In this document: one piece after another, positions 26,178 through 33,823 of the stretch
Layout of the letters: every line of letters begins with the position of its first letter
How positions within the stretch are numbered: the first letter of the stretch is position 1
Source: Patescibacteria group bacterium
GTDB taxonomy: Bacteria > Patescibacteriota > Minisyncoccia > Minisyncoccales > CG1-02-41-26
Assembly: GCA_023474835.1 (NCBI GenBank)
Contig: JAMCXQ010000034.1
Location: forward strand, 1 to 34,718
Length of the DNA stretch: 34,718 nt
Reading direction: 5' to 3'
Notes under the pieces: generated by a model
What the model was told of the DNA's origin: nothing
Database searches by the model: none
Seen by the model: only the letters and a program-made list of their open reading frames with translations
Translations under genes and position numbers: made by a program

Positions 26178-27113
26178 ATGTCCGGTTTTGAAAAACCAAA
26201 AGAGAAGGCAGATGAACGAACAGTTGGTTTGGCCAAAGAAATTTTTAACAGCGAGAAAGCGCTTGATGATTTGCGGCAAGAGCTTTCTGTTCCCGATCGT
26301 AAAATAGGATGTTCTTTTGACGCGAAAGTGGAAAAGGTTATCAGGGATGGCAAAAATGAATTCGGGGTTTTGCAAGTAAGGATTTACCTAGCGGAAAAAA
26401 CAGATAATGCCCCGCGTCAAATTGGTTATTTCAGTTTTTCTTTTGGCAAGCACCACGCGGTTTCGCAGGAACTTTACATAGAATTTAACGAGTTAATCGG
26501 AGAGAAACAGGATAAAGGGCTTGGTTTGGAGCTTGAATGCAAAATTGAAAATTTCTGCCGTTCGCATAATATCTGGGATATTTATAATACCGCAACCAGC
26601 GCCCCGGCCGGAGTTTTTGGCGAAAGCAGATTTATTGGCGGTTATTTTTGGGCGCGTATGGGTTTTGATTTTGATGAATTCAAAGAATCTACAAGGCACA
26701 GAATTGAATCTTGGAGAAAGGATTTAATTGAGTTTGCTCAAAACAAAAAAATCGACATTTTATTTGACCCGCTGGAGCTTACCATGCCTTTTGAGTTTGC
26801 CGGAGCAATGGGCTTGGACGAAGATAACCATATTGTCAGTTTGGGCAAGAAATTTTTTATAGAGGGCGAGATAAAATGGTTTGGCCACAAGGACTTGCGT
26901 TTTAACAGCCAATGTTCCAGGGATTTCGTTGGTTATTTGATGTTGAGGAACCGGTTTGATTTGCTGGAAGAATATTTCATTGAACCCCTTGACGCAGAAA
27001 GAGACAAAGAGTTTATTGATTATTTGGCGGCTGAATTGGCTGAAAAGGGCAAGGCGGATTTGTTCACAAAATATTTTCCGCAAATTCTTGAAAAAGACAT
27101 AGAAATAGAGTAA
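26178..27113 (+). CDS. Hypothetical protein with GNAT-like domain (paralogue 2)
   Basis: QDKGLG and IGGYFWARMGFDFD; collinear motif similarity to 25264-26160. Confidence 0.65.
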   Translation: MSGFEKPKEKADERTVGLAKEIFNSEKALDDLRQELSVPDRKIGCSFDAKVEKVIRDGKNEFGVLQVRIYLAEKTDNAPRQIGYFSFSFGKHHAVSQELYIEFNELIGEKQDKGLGLELECKIENFCRSHNIWDIYNTATSAPAGVFGESRFIGGYFWARMGFDFDEFKESTRHRIESWRKDLIEFAQNKKIDILFDPLELTMPFEFAGAMGLDEDNHIVSLGKKFFIEGEIKWFGHKDLRFNSQCSRDFVGYLMLRNRFDLLEEYFIEPLDAERDKEFIDYLAAELAEKGKADLFTKYFPQILEKDIEIE

Positions 27114-27144
27114 ATTAAAAGTGTCAATTTGCTCTGTACAATTC

Positions 27145-27360
27145 AATATTCCGCGGTGGGTCAAAGCCAACTGCTTGGCTTTGACGGCCGATTTAGGAAA
27201 TCGTCCCCGATTTCCGTTAAAAATCGGCCAGGCACATTATATTAAGCCAACTGCTTGGCTTTGACGGCCGATTTAGGAAATCGTCCCCGATTTCCGTTAA
27301 AAATCGGCCAGGCACATTATATTAAGCCAACCGCATAGTTCATTTGAAATAAAATAGTTT
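27145..27360. repeat. Structured element starting with a duplicated tRNA-Asn 5' end and containing an exact 80-bp tandem duplication
   Basis: AATATTCCGCGGTGG at 27145-27159 and 27361-27375. 80-bp unit at 27164-27243 and 27244-27323, plus 8 bp. Hairpin GTCAAAGCCAA-CTGC-TTGGCTTTGAC. Confidence 0.9.
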
Positions 27361-27365
27361 AATAT

Positions 27366-27437
27366 TCCGCGGTGGCGCAATGGTAGCGCGAGGGACTGTT
27401 AATCCCCAGGTTGTAGGTTCGAATCCTACCCGCGGAG
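27366..27437 (+). tRNA. tRNA-Asn(GTT)
   Basis: Acceptor TCCGCGG/CCGCGGA; D stem GCGC/GCGC; anticodon loop CT-GTT-AA; T arm GTAGG-TTCGAAT-CCTAC; G discriminator; CCA not encoded. Confidence 0.96.
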
Positions 27438-27483
27438 CAAACGTGCCGACTTCGGCAAATATCCACCACATAATACATAAAGC

Positions 27484-27513
27484 AAAAAGGCTCGGGTAAA
27501 ACCGAGCTTTTTT
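27484..27513 (+). terminator. Intrinsic terminator after tRNA-Asn
   Basis: AAAAA-GGCTCGG-GTAAAA-CCGAGCT-TTTTT. Confidence 0.8.
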
Positions 27514-27574
27514 GTTTTCTCTGTTACGGTTAACTTCTGGAAGACACTCTTGTTTTTTGTTATAGTTATGAAAT

Positions 27575-28273
27575 ATGAAATTAAGAGATGTAAGAAGCCT
27601 CCATTTTATTCCTGCGCATAAAACTGCCTTCCTTGAGCATCTTTTTAAGGATGTTCAAACAAGGCCAGATGCGATTGTTTTTGATTTGGAAGATAGTGTT
27701 AAGCCTGAAGCCAAAGACCTAGCCAGAGAAAATCTGATTAAAGTTATTAAAGAGAACAAGGATAAATTAAAGGATTATGTAATTATAATTAGACCAAACA
27801 GAGAAGGCACTCCTTATTATAAAAAGGATGTAGAAGCTATTCAGTTACTTAATCCTGATGCCGTTCTACTGCCAAAAGTTGAGGATAGAAAAGAAATAAA
27901 AAGAGCAAGAAAGCAATATAAAAACAAGTCTTTAATAGTAGCAATTGAAACTCTTGTTGGGATAGAAAATATAGATAGCATATTAAGTAATTTAACCGAA
28001 TTTGATGCTGTGGTTGCTGGATATGAAGATTTGTCTGCTGATCTAAAAATTGAAAGGCCAAAAGACCTGTCATTAACAAACCCGCTTACCTATTTAATTT
28101 TTGAAGTTTATATAAGTGCTAGAAAGCACAGTGTTATTATTTTTGACGCTGTTTGCAGGTATTTTAAACATGAGGACTTACCTATTTTAGATAGGGAGTG
28201 TGATTTTACTTCTAACTTACGATTTGCTGGAAAATTTTCGATCCATCCCAATCAAATTAGTTTGATAGGGTAA
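27575..28273 (+). pseudogene. HpcH/HpaI aldolase / citrate lyase beta (CitE-like) protein, 3' end cut by IS
   Basis: RSLHFIPA, DAIVFDLEDSV, LLPKVE, IETLVG, GYEDLSADL and GKFSIHPNQI. The stop codon lies inside the IS inverted repeat. Confidence 0.75.
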
Positions 28274-29121
28274 AGTTCAATTTTCGTACCAAAAATTCTT
28301 CAAAAATGTTGATTTTAAGCCCGAAACCCGCTCTTTGAAATTCAAATTTCTGTGATTGTATTTCCAGACATATTCTCCAAGGAAGAGAGGCAGTTTTTCT
28401 CGTCTAATTCCACCCTTGGCCGATAGCTTTCTTTTCAGATATCCCCAGAAACCTTCAAGGCCGTTAATATGGTGCCCTTTGCCGTCAGTGTATTCTTTTT
28501 TACCGTGGTCAACCAATCGGTGAACATATCCTTTAGCGGCTAATCCAGTGTAAGCCCTCCAACCATCAGAGCAAACCACCGAACCCTTAATGACTTGTTT
28601 TTCAATGAGTGGTTCCAAATCCTTGGCTTCCGTGTCCTTGACTATTTCAGCCCAGACCTTTCCTTCGCGGCACAAAATGCCAAACACCGGCTGCTTGATT
28701 GTTCCAAACCCCCGTCTGTTCTTGCTGTATTTACAACGTTCCGACAATCTCCTGTTTTTCATCTGACCGCCCAAGTATGTTTCGTCTACTTCCACTATTC
28801 CAGAAAAAACATCAGGCACCTCTTTAGCCATCGCTATCCTTAACAGAGTTAAAATTTTCAACAGTTTGTATTTGGAAATTTCAACTCTGGCAAGAATGGT
28901 ATCGGTGGAATGTTCCAACAAAAATTCTTCAATGATATTTTTTAAGATTGCTGGCTTTAATTTAAATGGATGATTTTGAAAAGTGAAGACCGAACGGCAT
29001 TGTTTACATTTTAACCGATTATCGTTTAATTGCCAAAAGTCCTTTCCTTTACAGGTTTTGCATTTGATGACCATACCTAATTTCATTGTAGTGTATTAGG
29101 TACGATTTTCAAACTTTACCC
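28268..29121 (-). mobile_element. IS1595-family insertion sequence (IS1016-like), ~850 bp
   Basis: Imperfect terminal IRs GGGTAAAGTTcaatttTCGTACC (28268-28290) and GGGTAAAGTTtgaaaaTCGTACC (reverse complement of 29099-29121) enclose the transposase. No 8-bp target duplication is visible. Confidence 0.88.
28277..29086 (-). CDS. IS1595-family DDE transposase
   Basis: N-terminal CKTC/CKQC zinc ribbon; VEVDETYLGG, KQPVFG, VCSDGWRAY and HINGLEGFW. Confidence 0.93.
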   Translation of the reverse strand: MKLGMVIKCKTCKGKDFWQLNDNRLKCKQCRSVFTFQNHPFKLKPAILKNIIEEFLLEHSTDTILARVEISKYKLLKILTLLRIAMAKEVPDVFSGIVEVDETYLGGQMKNRRLSERCKYSKNRRGFGTIKQPVFGILCREGKVWAEIVKDTEAKDLEPLIEKQVIKGSVVCSDGWRAYTGLAAKGYVHRLVDHGKKEYTDGKGHHINGLEGFWGYLKRKLSAKGGIRREKLPLFLGEYVWKYNHRNLNFKERVSGLKSTFLKNFWYEN

Positions 29122-29139
29122 TATAATTCTATTTAAAAT

Positions 29140-29172
29140 AAGCGTGGCATGAGTTGTCACGCTTTCTTTTTC
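29140..29172 (+). terminator. Intrinsic terminator downstream of the IS
   Basis: AAGCGTGGCA-TGAGT-TGTCACGCTT followed by TCTTTTT. Confidence 0.65.
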
Positions 29173-29183
29173 TCAAAAAACTA

Positions 29184-29211
29184 TTGACAAAACTTTTGTA
29201 ATGAGTAGTAT
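29184..29211 (+). promoter_or_regulatory. sigma70-type promoter of the T-box leader
   Basis: TTGACA(29184)-16 bp-TAGTAT(29206). Confidence 0.65.
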
Positions 29212-29249
29212 AAACACATAAAAGAAAAAGTAATTTGTAATTCAATTAA

Positions 29250-29484
29250 AAGCGTTGACGGGGAGAATGGGCCCCCGAGCTGAACGGTGAAACTTGAAAA
29301 AGCGCGTAGCCGTCTCCGGAAGCTGTCCGTTATCATACAGCAGCCGATGTTAGTCGGCGCGACAAGGTTTGGCCTGCCATCAGGCGGGCTGAATAAAACA
29401 AGGTGGCACCACGTTTCTGTTTCTACAGAACCGTCCTTGTAAGATTTTTGCGATGTGCAGAAATTTTACAAGGGCGGTTTTTTT
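29250..29484 (+). promoter_or_regulatory. T-box riboswitch, Trp specificity, transcriptional
   Basis: T-box AAGGTGGCACCACG (29400-29413) pairs with CGTCCTTGT (29432-29440). Competing terminator 29431-29477 plus T7. Stem II, IIA/B pseudoknot and Stem III are recognisable. UGG specifier at 29268-29270; the downstream gene is trpD-like. Confidence 0.88.
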
Positions 29485-29553
29485 ATAAATCGTTCTGTTG
29501 TTCTGTTAGTTAAATAATAATGGTTCATTCACAATAAAAAAGGAGAGTGTGTT

Positions 29554-30882
29554 ATGTACACCACAGACATTAAACTGGATGGCAAATATTTGGATAAACA
29601 TTTAATGATGGAGTCGTTGGCAGTTCAGGAATACAGCTTTTCAAATGAAGCTAGAGCTCATCAGGATTTGCTGCAAAACGCTGATCCAATGATTTTGGCA
29701 AAGATTGCTGAATCTGTTAAAAATGGAGGACTATCCTTTGAGGATTCCTTTGTCGGTATGCTGTTGGTTTTGGCGGCAACTAATAATCATATCCGCTTGG
29801 CTATTTTCCCCAAAATGACTTTCCCTGAAGCTATTTCAAAGGGAACGGGATTTTTGACAATAATGGCTCAAAAAGAGTTTTCTTACGGATTAACTCCGGA
29901 AGAAATCGCAGGTATGGTTGGGGCGGCAACGCTTGACATCATATTTAGATGCCCCGCATTTGAGGTGTTAGAAACATGCGGGATGGGCGGAGATAGAGGT
30001 TTTGGAACCAAAAAAGTAAAAACTATCAATGTTTCAACGTTAAGCGCTATCGTGCTTGCCGCAATGGGTTATGAGGTATTCAAACATGGTTCTCATGGGA
30101 ATACCACAAAAATAGGTTCAGTGGATATCCCTGTCAACTTCGGGGCAAAAATATGCCTTCATTCAAAAAATGCGATTGTGGATTTATTTGAAGAAACGGG
30201 CTTTTGGTTCAGCGATGCGCATAGTGTAAAAACTATCCACTATTTGTCTCATCTTCTGATGATTGAGACAATAAATCATATTATTGGTCCGATGACAATA
30301 CCTCTTGCCCACGGAGCTCGCTTGTTAAAGGTTATGGGGGTTAACCATCACGTTTCTCCTGAAACTATAGCAAGAGCATACACGATTTTGCATAAAAAGG
30401 GCTTTCTAAATCTTGGCGGGGTTATTGTTTTAGCTGGAGTAGACACCGTGCCGAACGAACAGCAATTGCAGGATGGTAGATGGGCTCAAAAACATAGTTT
30501 TTTGGATGAAGTTTCCCCAATTGCCACTGTCGCAAGTTTAGCTACAGGTGAAAATTTTGTGGGCAATTTCTTGTTTACCGATGATAGTTTTGGCTGTGGG
30601 GTATTAGCGCCTGAGAAATTAAAAATAAAGAACGAAGAGCAGGATTTGATGCGGGCGAATGAACTCGCCATAAGAGGAGAAGATGAAATTCTAACAGATT
30701 ATTTGGCAAGAAATGCCGCTATTGGATTAATGTTACTGAAGGGTAACGTCAACGGAGAGGATATCAATAATCTGCCGGCGTTTTACAAAGAATGCCTACA
30801 GAGCATTAAATCCGGCGATGCGTTTGAGAAGTTACTGGAATACATTGAAGCGTCTGGCGGCTCTTTCAGAAGTTGGCTTTAA
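29554..30882 (+). CDS. trpD: Divergent anthranilate phosphoribosyltransferase (TrpD-like) with N-terminal extension
   Basis: ETCGMGGD, KTINVST, KHGSHG..TKIGSVD and LDEVS correspond to TrpD DxCGTGGD, TFNIST, KHGN and DE motifs. AGGAG SD and Trp T-box lie upstream. Confidence 0.75.
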   Translation: MYTTDIKLDGKYLDKHLMMESLAVQEYSFSNEARAHQDLLQNADPMILAKIAESVKNGGLSFEDSFVGMLLVLAATNNHIRLAIFPKMTFPEAISKGTGFLTIMAQKEFSYGLTPEEIAGMVGAATLDIIFRCPAFEVLETCGMGGDRGFGTKKVKTINVSTLSAIVLAAMGYEVFKHGSHGNTTKIGSVDIPVNFGAKICLHSKNAIVDLFEETGFWFSDAHSVKTIHYLSHLLMIETINHIIGPMTIPLAHGARLLKVMGVNHHVSPETIARAYTILHKKGFLNLGGVIVLAGVDTVPNEQQLQDGRWAQKHSFLDEVSPIATVASLATGENFVGNFLFTDDSFGCGVLAPEKLKIKNEEQDLMRANELAIRGEDEILTDYLARNAAIGLMLLKGNVNGEDINNLPAFYKECLQSIKSGDAFEKLLEYIEASGGSFRSWL

Positions 30883-30912
30883 TAATATATTAAAGCCAAA
30901 TGCGTTAAGTAA

Positions 30913-31755
30913 TTACTTAGCGCATTTCTTTTTTTGTATAATGGCCTTTACAAAACCTTTTGTTTTAACAAGATCTATCTTAGCTTGCCATGGCTTTAAA
31001 TTCACCTCCGTTTTTTTTGATCGCTTTGCCCCCGATTTTAGAGATGTTGCTACGATTACACCGTTGGCGTATCGCAGAAGTGTTTTTACATTCTCTTTTG
31101 TAGCTCCACTGCCGACAAAAATTGGAAAGTCGTCCCCTGCTACCCCTCTTGCTTCTTTTAACTCGTCAAGATTGGGCATATCCCCTGTCCACTTTCCAGT
31201 AATGATTAAACCATCAGAGCCATTTTGTTTCGCTTCTCTGACGGATTGGGTAATAGTTTTTTGCTCAAGCATTTCCGCGTGTTTAACATGAATATCGGTT
31301 AGCAACGCAACGTCTAAGGCGCCAATATTTTTTCTGAATTTCAAAACATCTTCTGGATTAACCATTATTCTCCCGTAGTCAGTTTTGACGCTATCAACAA
31401 AAACAGGCACTCTTATAAATTGACAATTGCAGATTTTTGCAATTGACAAGGCCGTTTTATAATCATTCCATAAAACGCAAATTCCCAATGGAATTTTAAT
31501 TTCATTTTTTATTTTAGATATTAAAAATGTCATTGTTGCAACAGTTTCTGGTCCCACAAAAATTTTATGCGGAATATCATAATTATTTTCTACCATTATG
31601 GCGTCAACCCCGCCTTTTTCTAATGTTTTTGCATCCCGTAACGCCTTTTTCAAACAAACATTAACCTCAGGAAAATTCTTATACCCCAAAAGCGGCGGGA
31701 AATGGACCATTCCTATTATTATATTTTGTTTTTTGTTGAATATTTTTTCTAGCAC
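30913..31755 (-). CDS. BtpA/SgcQ family TIM-barrel protein
   Basis: IIGMVHFPPLLG, GVDAIMVEN..D.P, DIHVKHA, DGLIITG..TG and VGSG; GTG start. Confidence 0.92.
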   Translation of the reverse strand: MLEKIFNKKQNIIIGMVHFPPLLGYKNFPEVNVCLKKALRDAKTLEKGGVDAIMVENNYDIPHKIFVGPETVATMTFLISKIKNEIKIPLGICVLWNDYKTALSIAKICNCQFIRVPVFVDSVKTDYGRIMVNPEDVLKFRKNIGALDVALLTDIHVKHAEMLEQKTITQSVREAKQNGSDGLIITGKWTGDMPNLDELKEARGVAGDDFPIFVGSGATKENVKTLLRYANGVIVATSLKSGAKRSKKTEVNLKPWQAKIDLVKTKGFVKAIIQKKKCAK

Positions 31756-31762
31756 AAATAAA

Positions 31763-32707
31763 TTATCTTTTATTTAGGCGGAATATTAAGTTGATAAAAT
31801 CCTCAATAAACTTTTGCCCATCAATTTTAACAGCCACTTTAACATTGGGGTTTTTCGACGCTGCAATTCGTCTTTCCGCAACTGACATTCCAAAAGTATA
31901 TTCCCCATTTGTTTCAATTTTTATATCCATTTCTTCAAGTTGGAAAGCATCTGGATTTATCAAGTAATAAGCCGCTAATGGGTCATACATCAAAGCTCCT
32001 GCTATTCCATCAAATTTTTTGAGATTTTCAATGTAAGGAATTAACATTTTAGATAAAGTTTTGCCAATTAATCCGCTTTGCCCAATTTCTCTAATTGCGT
32101 TTTCTGGTAAAATAATGTCATTGCAAGCATCTAACGGAATTAGAACTTTTTCTACTTCTGAATCAAAAATAATTTTTGCGGCTTCTGGGTCAACAAAAAA
32201 ATTAAATTCCGCTACCCTGTTTTTATTGCCTGGCACAGTAATAGCTCCACCCATTATAATTACTTGCTTAATCATTTTTGGTAAAGATGGGTCTTTTAAA
32301 AAAGCTTTTGCGATATTGGTCAATGGCCCAAGAGTTAGCAGGGTTATTTCTTTGGGATCTTGTTTGACAATTTCAATAATTTTGTCAGACGCCTCATCTA
32401 TCGTTGGTTCTAACGGTAAACTTTCAGCACCAGAACCGTCTAATCCAGAAATTCCATGCACATTTGCCTTAATTAAATCTCGCTCAATGGGCTTTGATGC
32501 TCCAGCGTAAAGTGGAATATGCTCTTTTTTGGCTAAATTCAAAATATACTTGGCATTACGCGTGGTGTTTTCAATGGTGCTATTTCCAGCCACAGTAGTT
32601 ATTGCCAATATTTCTATCTGTGGAACAGCAAAAAGCATCAACAAGGCCATGGCGTCGTCATGGCCTGGATCCGTGTCAATAATAATTTTGTTTTTTTCTT
32701 CTACCAT
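31763..32707 (-). CDS. Nucleoside hydrolase (IUNH family)
   Basis: IIIDTDPGHDDAMA Ca-binding motif, TTVAGN, HGISGL, LGPLTN, MGG and AEFNFFVDPEAA. Confidence 0.95.
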   Translation of the reverse strand: MVEEKNKIIIDTDPGHDDAMALLMLFAVPQIEILAITTVAGNSTIENTTRNAKYILNLAKKEHIPLYAGASKPIERDLIKANVHGISGLDGSGAESLPLEPTIDEASDKIIEIVKQDPKEITLLTLGPLTNIAKAFLKDPSLPKMIKQVIIMGGAITVPGNKNRVAEFNFFVDPEAAKIIFDSEVEKVLIPLDACNDIILPENAIREIGQSGLIGKTLSKMLIPYIENLKKFDGIAGALMYDPLAAYYLINPDAFQLEEMDIKIETNGEYTFGMSVAERRIAASKNPNVKVAVKIDGQKFIEDFINLIFRLNKR

Positions 32708-32782
32708 AGAGATTAGAGGTTCAAATTATCTTTGTATCTCTTTTAAAATAAATTATAGCATTTGATTAGAATAAAATAAATC

Positions 32783-32819
32783 AGGGGAGTATTCAACTAA
32801 TTGAAATTCTCCCCTTTTT
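32783..32819. terminator. Hairpin between the EamA and nucleoside hydrolase genes (probable terminator)
   Basis: AGGGGAG..TTCAA-CTAA-TTGAA..CTCCCCT with A/T-rich flanks. A minus-strand TGC-TATAAT (32760-32752) follows, a possible promoter for the hydrolase. Confidence 0.55.
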
Positions 32820-32831
32820 GAATTGGTTATT

Positions 32832-33821
32832 TTATTTTTTCTTTCGTAGATAAAAAACACCTAAAAAGGTAACAATCGCCCCTGCGGAACGCATTGCCCA
32901 AGAAGTCCATTCTTCGGGGATTCCATTACCGAATGCTCCTGGGGACAAAATATTACCTATTGCAGTGATGGGCACGCCCATCGCAATCTTGGAGTTAATC
33001 AGTAAAAATACTACGGTTAAAGATTCGAATTTTAAGGCTTTTTGAGATAAGACATTATAAAGAGAGGCCAAAACCATCGTGATAGCAATCCACACAAAAG
33101 CGTTGAGATTTAGCATGCTTCGCATTTCTAACAAATCACAGAATTTCCCTCTTATTAACGCTAGGGAAGGTACGAGAATTGTGGCCACAGCGCTAAGCCA
33201 TATAAACCGCCATAAGCTAAAGGTCACGGCATCAGCGCTTTTTACTCCTTTCTTTCTGGTTCCATCCCCGAAAGCATTCAAACCAGAACATACAATAGCA
33301 ATAAGCACAACGCCCCAAACAGTAATTTTGATATTATCGGATATATGCTGTATGGAAGCCATGATAGAACCGAGAATTACTAAACTCGCTGGTAATAAAA
33401 TATTTTTTCCTTTTATATTTTTCTTAATCACATCGTACATTGCCATGTAAAAGACAGCACAACATCCTAATATCAAAATTAAAGAAGGATCTAACATTTG
33501 GCTGCCTCTAAGATAAAACAGAGTAGAAGTAGCTCCAAAAATTCCTGACAAAGCGGCATACTTGTGCATATTTCTTGTCCCAAAAGTAAATCCTGGATAT
33601 TCTGGATCTAATTGCTTCCCAAATATTTTATTACATATTAAAACGCATATGATATACACCCATGATCCTACCACTAAGTAAAACGAAGCAGCTGTAATTT
33701 GATCTTGAGAGGTAATCACACTGCGTACGATGTAGTTATCTATCGCTGCGTTTAGCGAAGTGAATAACGCTGCGATTAGAGCGATGGTCAAGACCCCTTT
33801 CGATACTTTTTCTCTATTCAT
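32832..33821 (-). CDS. EamA/DMT-like membrane transporter
   Basis: About 10 hydrophobic segments in two halves; GGAGG SD overlapping the trpS 3' end. Confidence 0.65.
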   Translation of the reverse strand: MNREKVSKGVLTIALIAALFTSLNAAIDNYIVRSVITSQDQITAASFYLVVGSWVYIICVLICNKIFGKQLDPEYPGFTFGTRNMHKYAALSGIFGATSTLFYLRGSQMLDPSLILILGCCAVFYMAMYDVIKKNIKGKNILLPASLVILGSIMASIQHISDNIKITVWGVVLIAIVCSGLNAFGDGTRKKGVKSADAVTFSLWRFIWLSAVATILVPSLALIRGKFCDLLEMRSMLNLNAFVWIAITMVLASLYNVLSQKALKFESLTVVFLLINSKIAMGVPITAIGNILSPGAFGNGIPEEWTSWAMRSAGAIVTFLGVFYLRKKK

Positions 33822-33823
33822 TT

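Noticed and set aside
27164-27331. CRISPR array
   Set aside because: The units are fully identical 80-mers with no unique spacers, and there are no cas genes in the window.
29212-29553. Ribosome-mediated trp attenuator (leader peptide)
   Set aside because: No Trp-codon-rich leader ORF was seen; the T-box elements explain the terminator.
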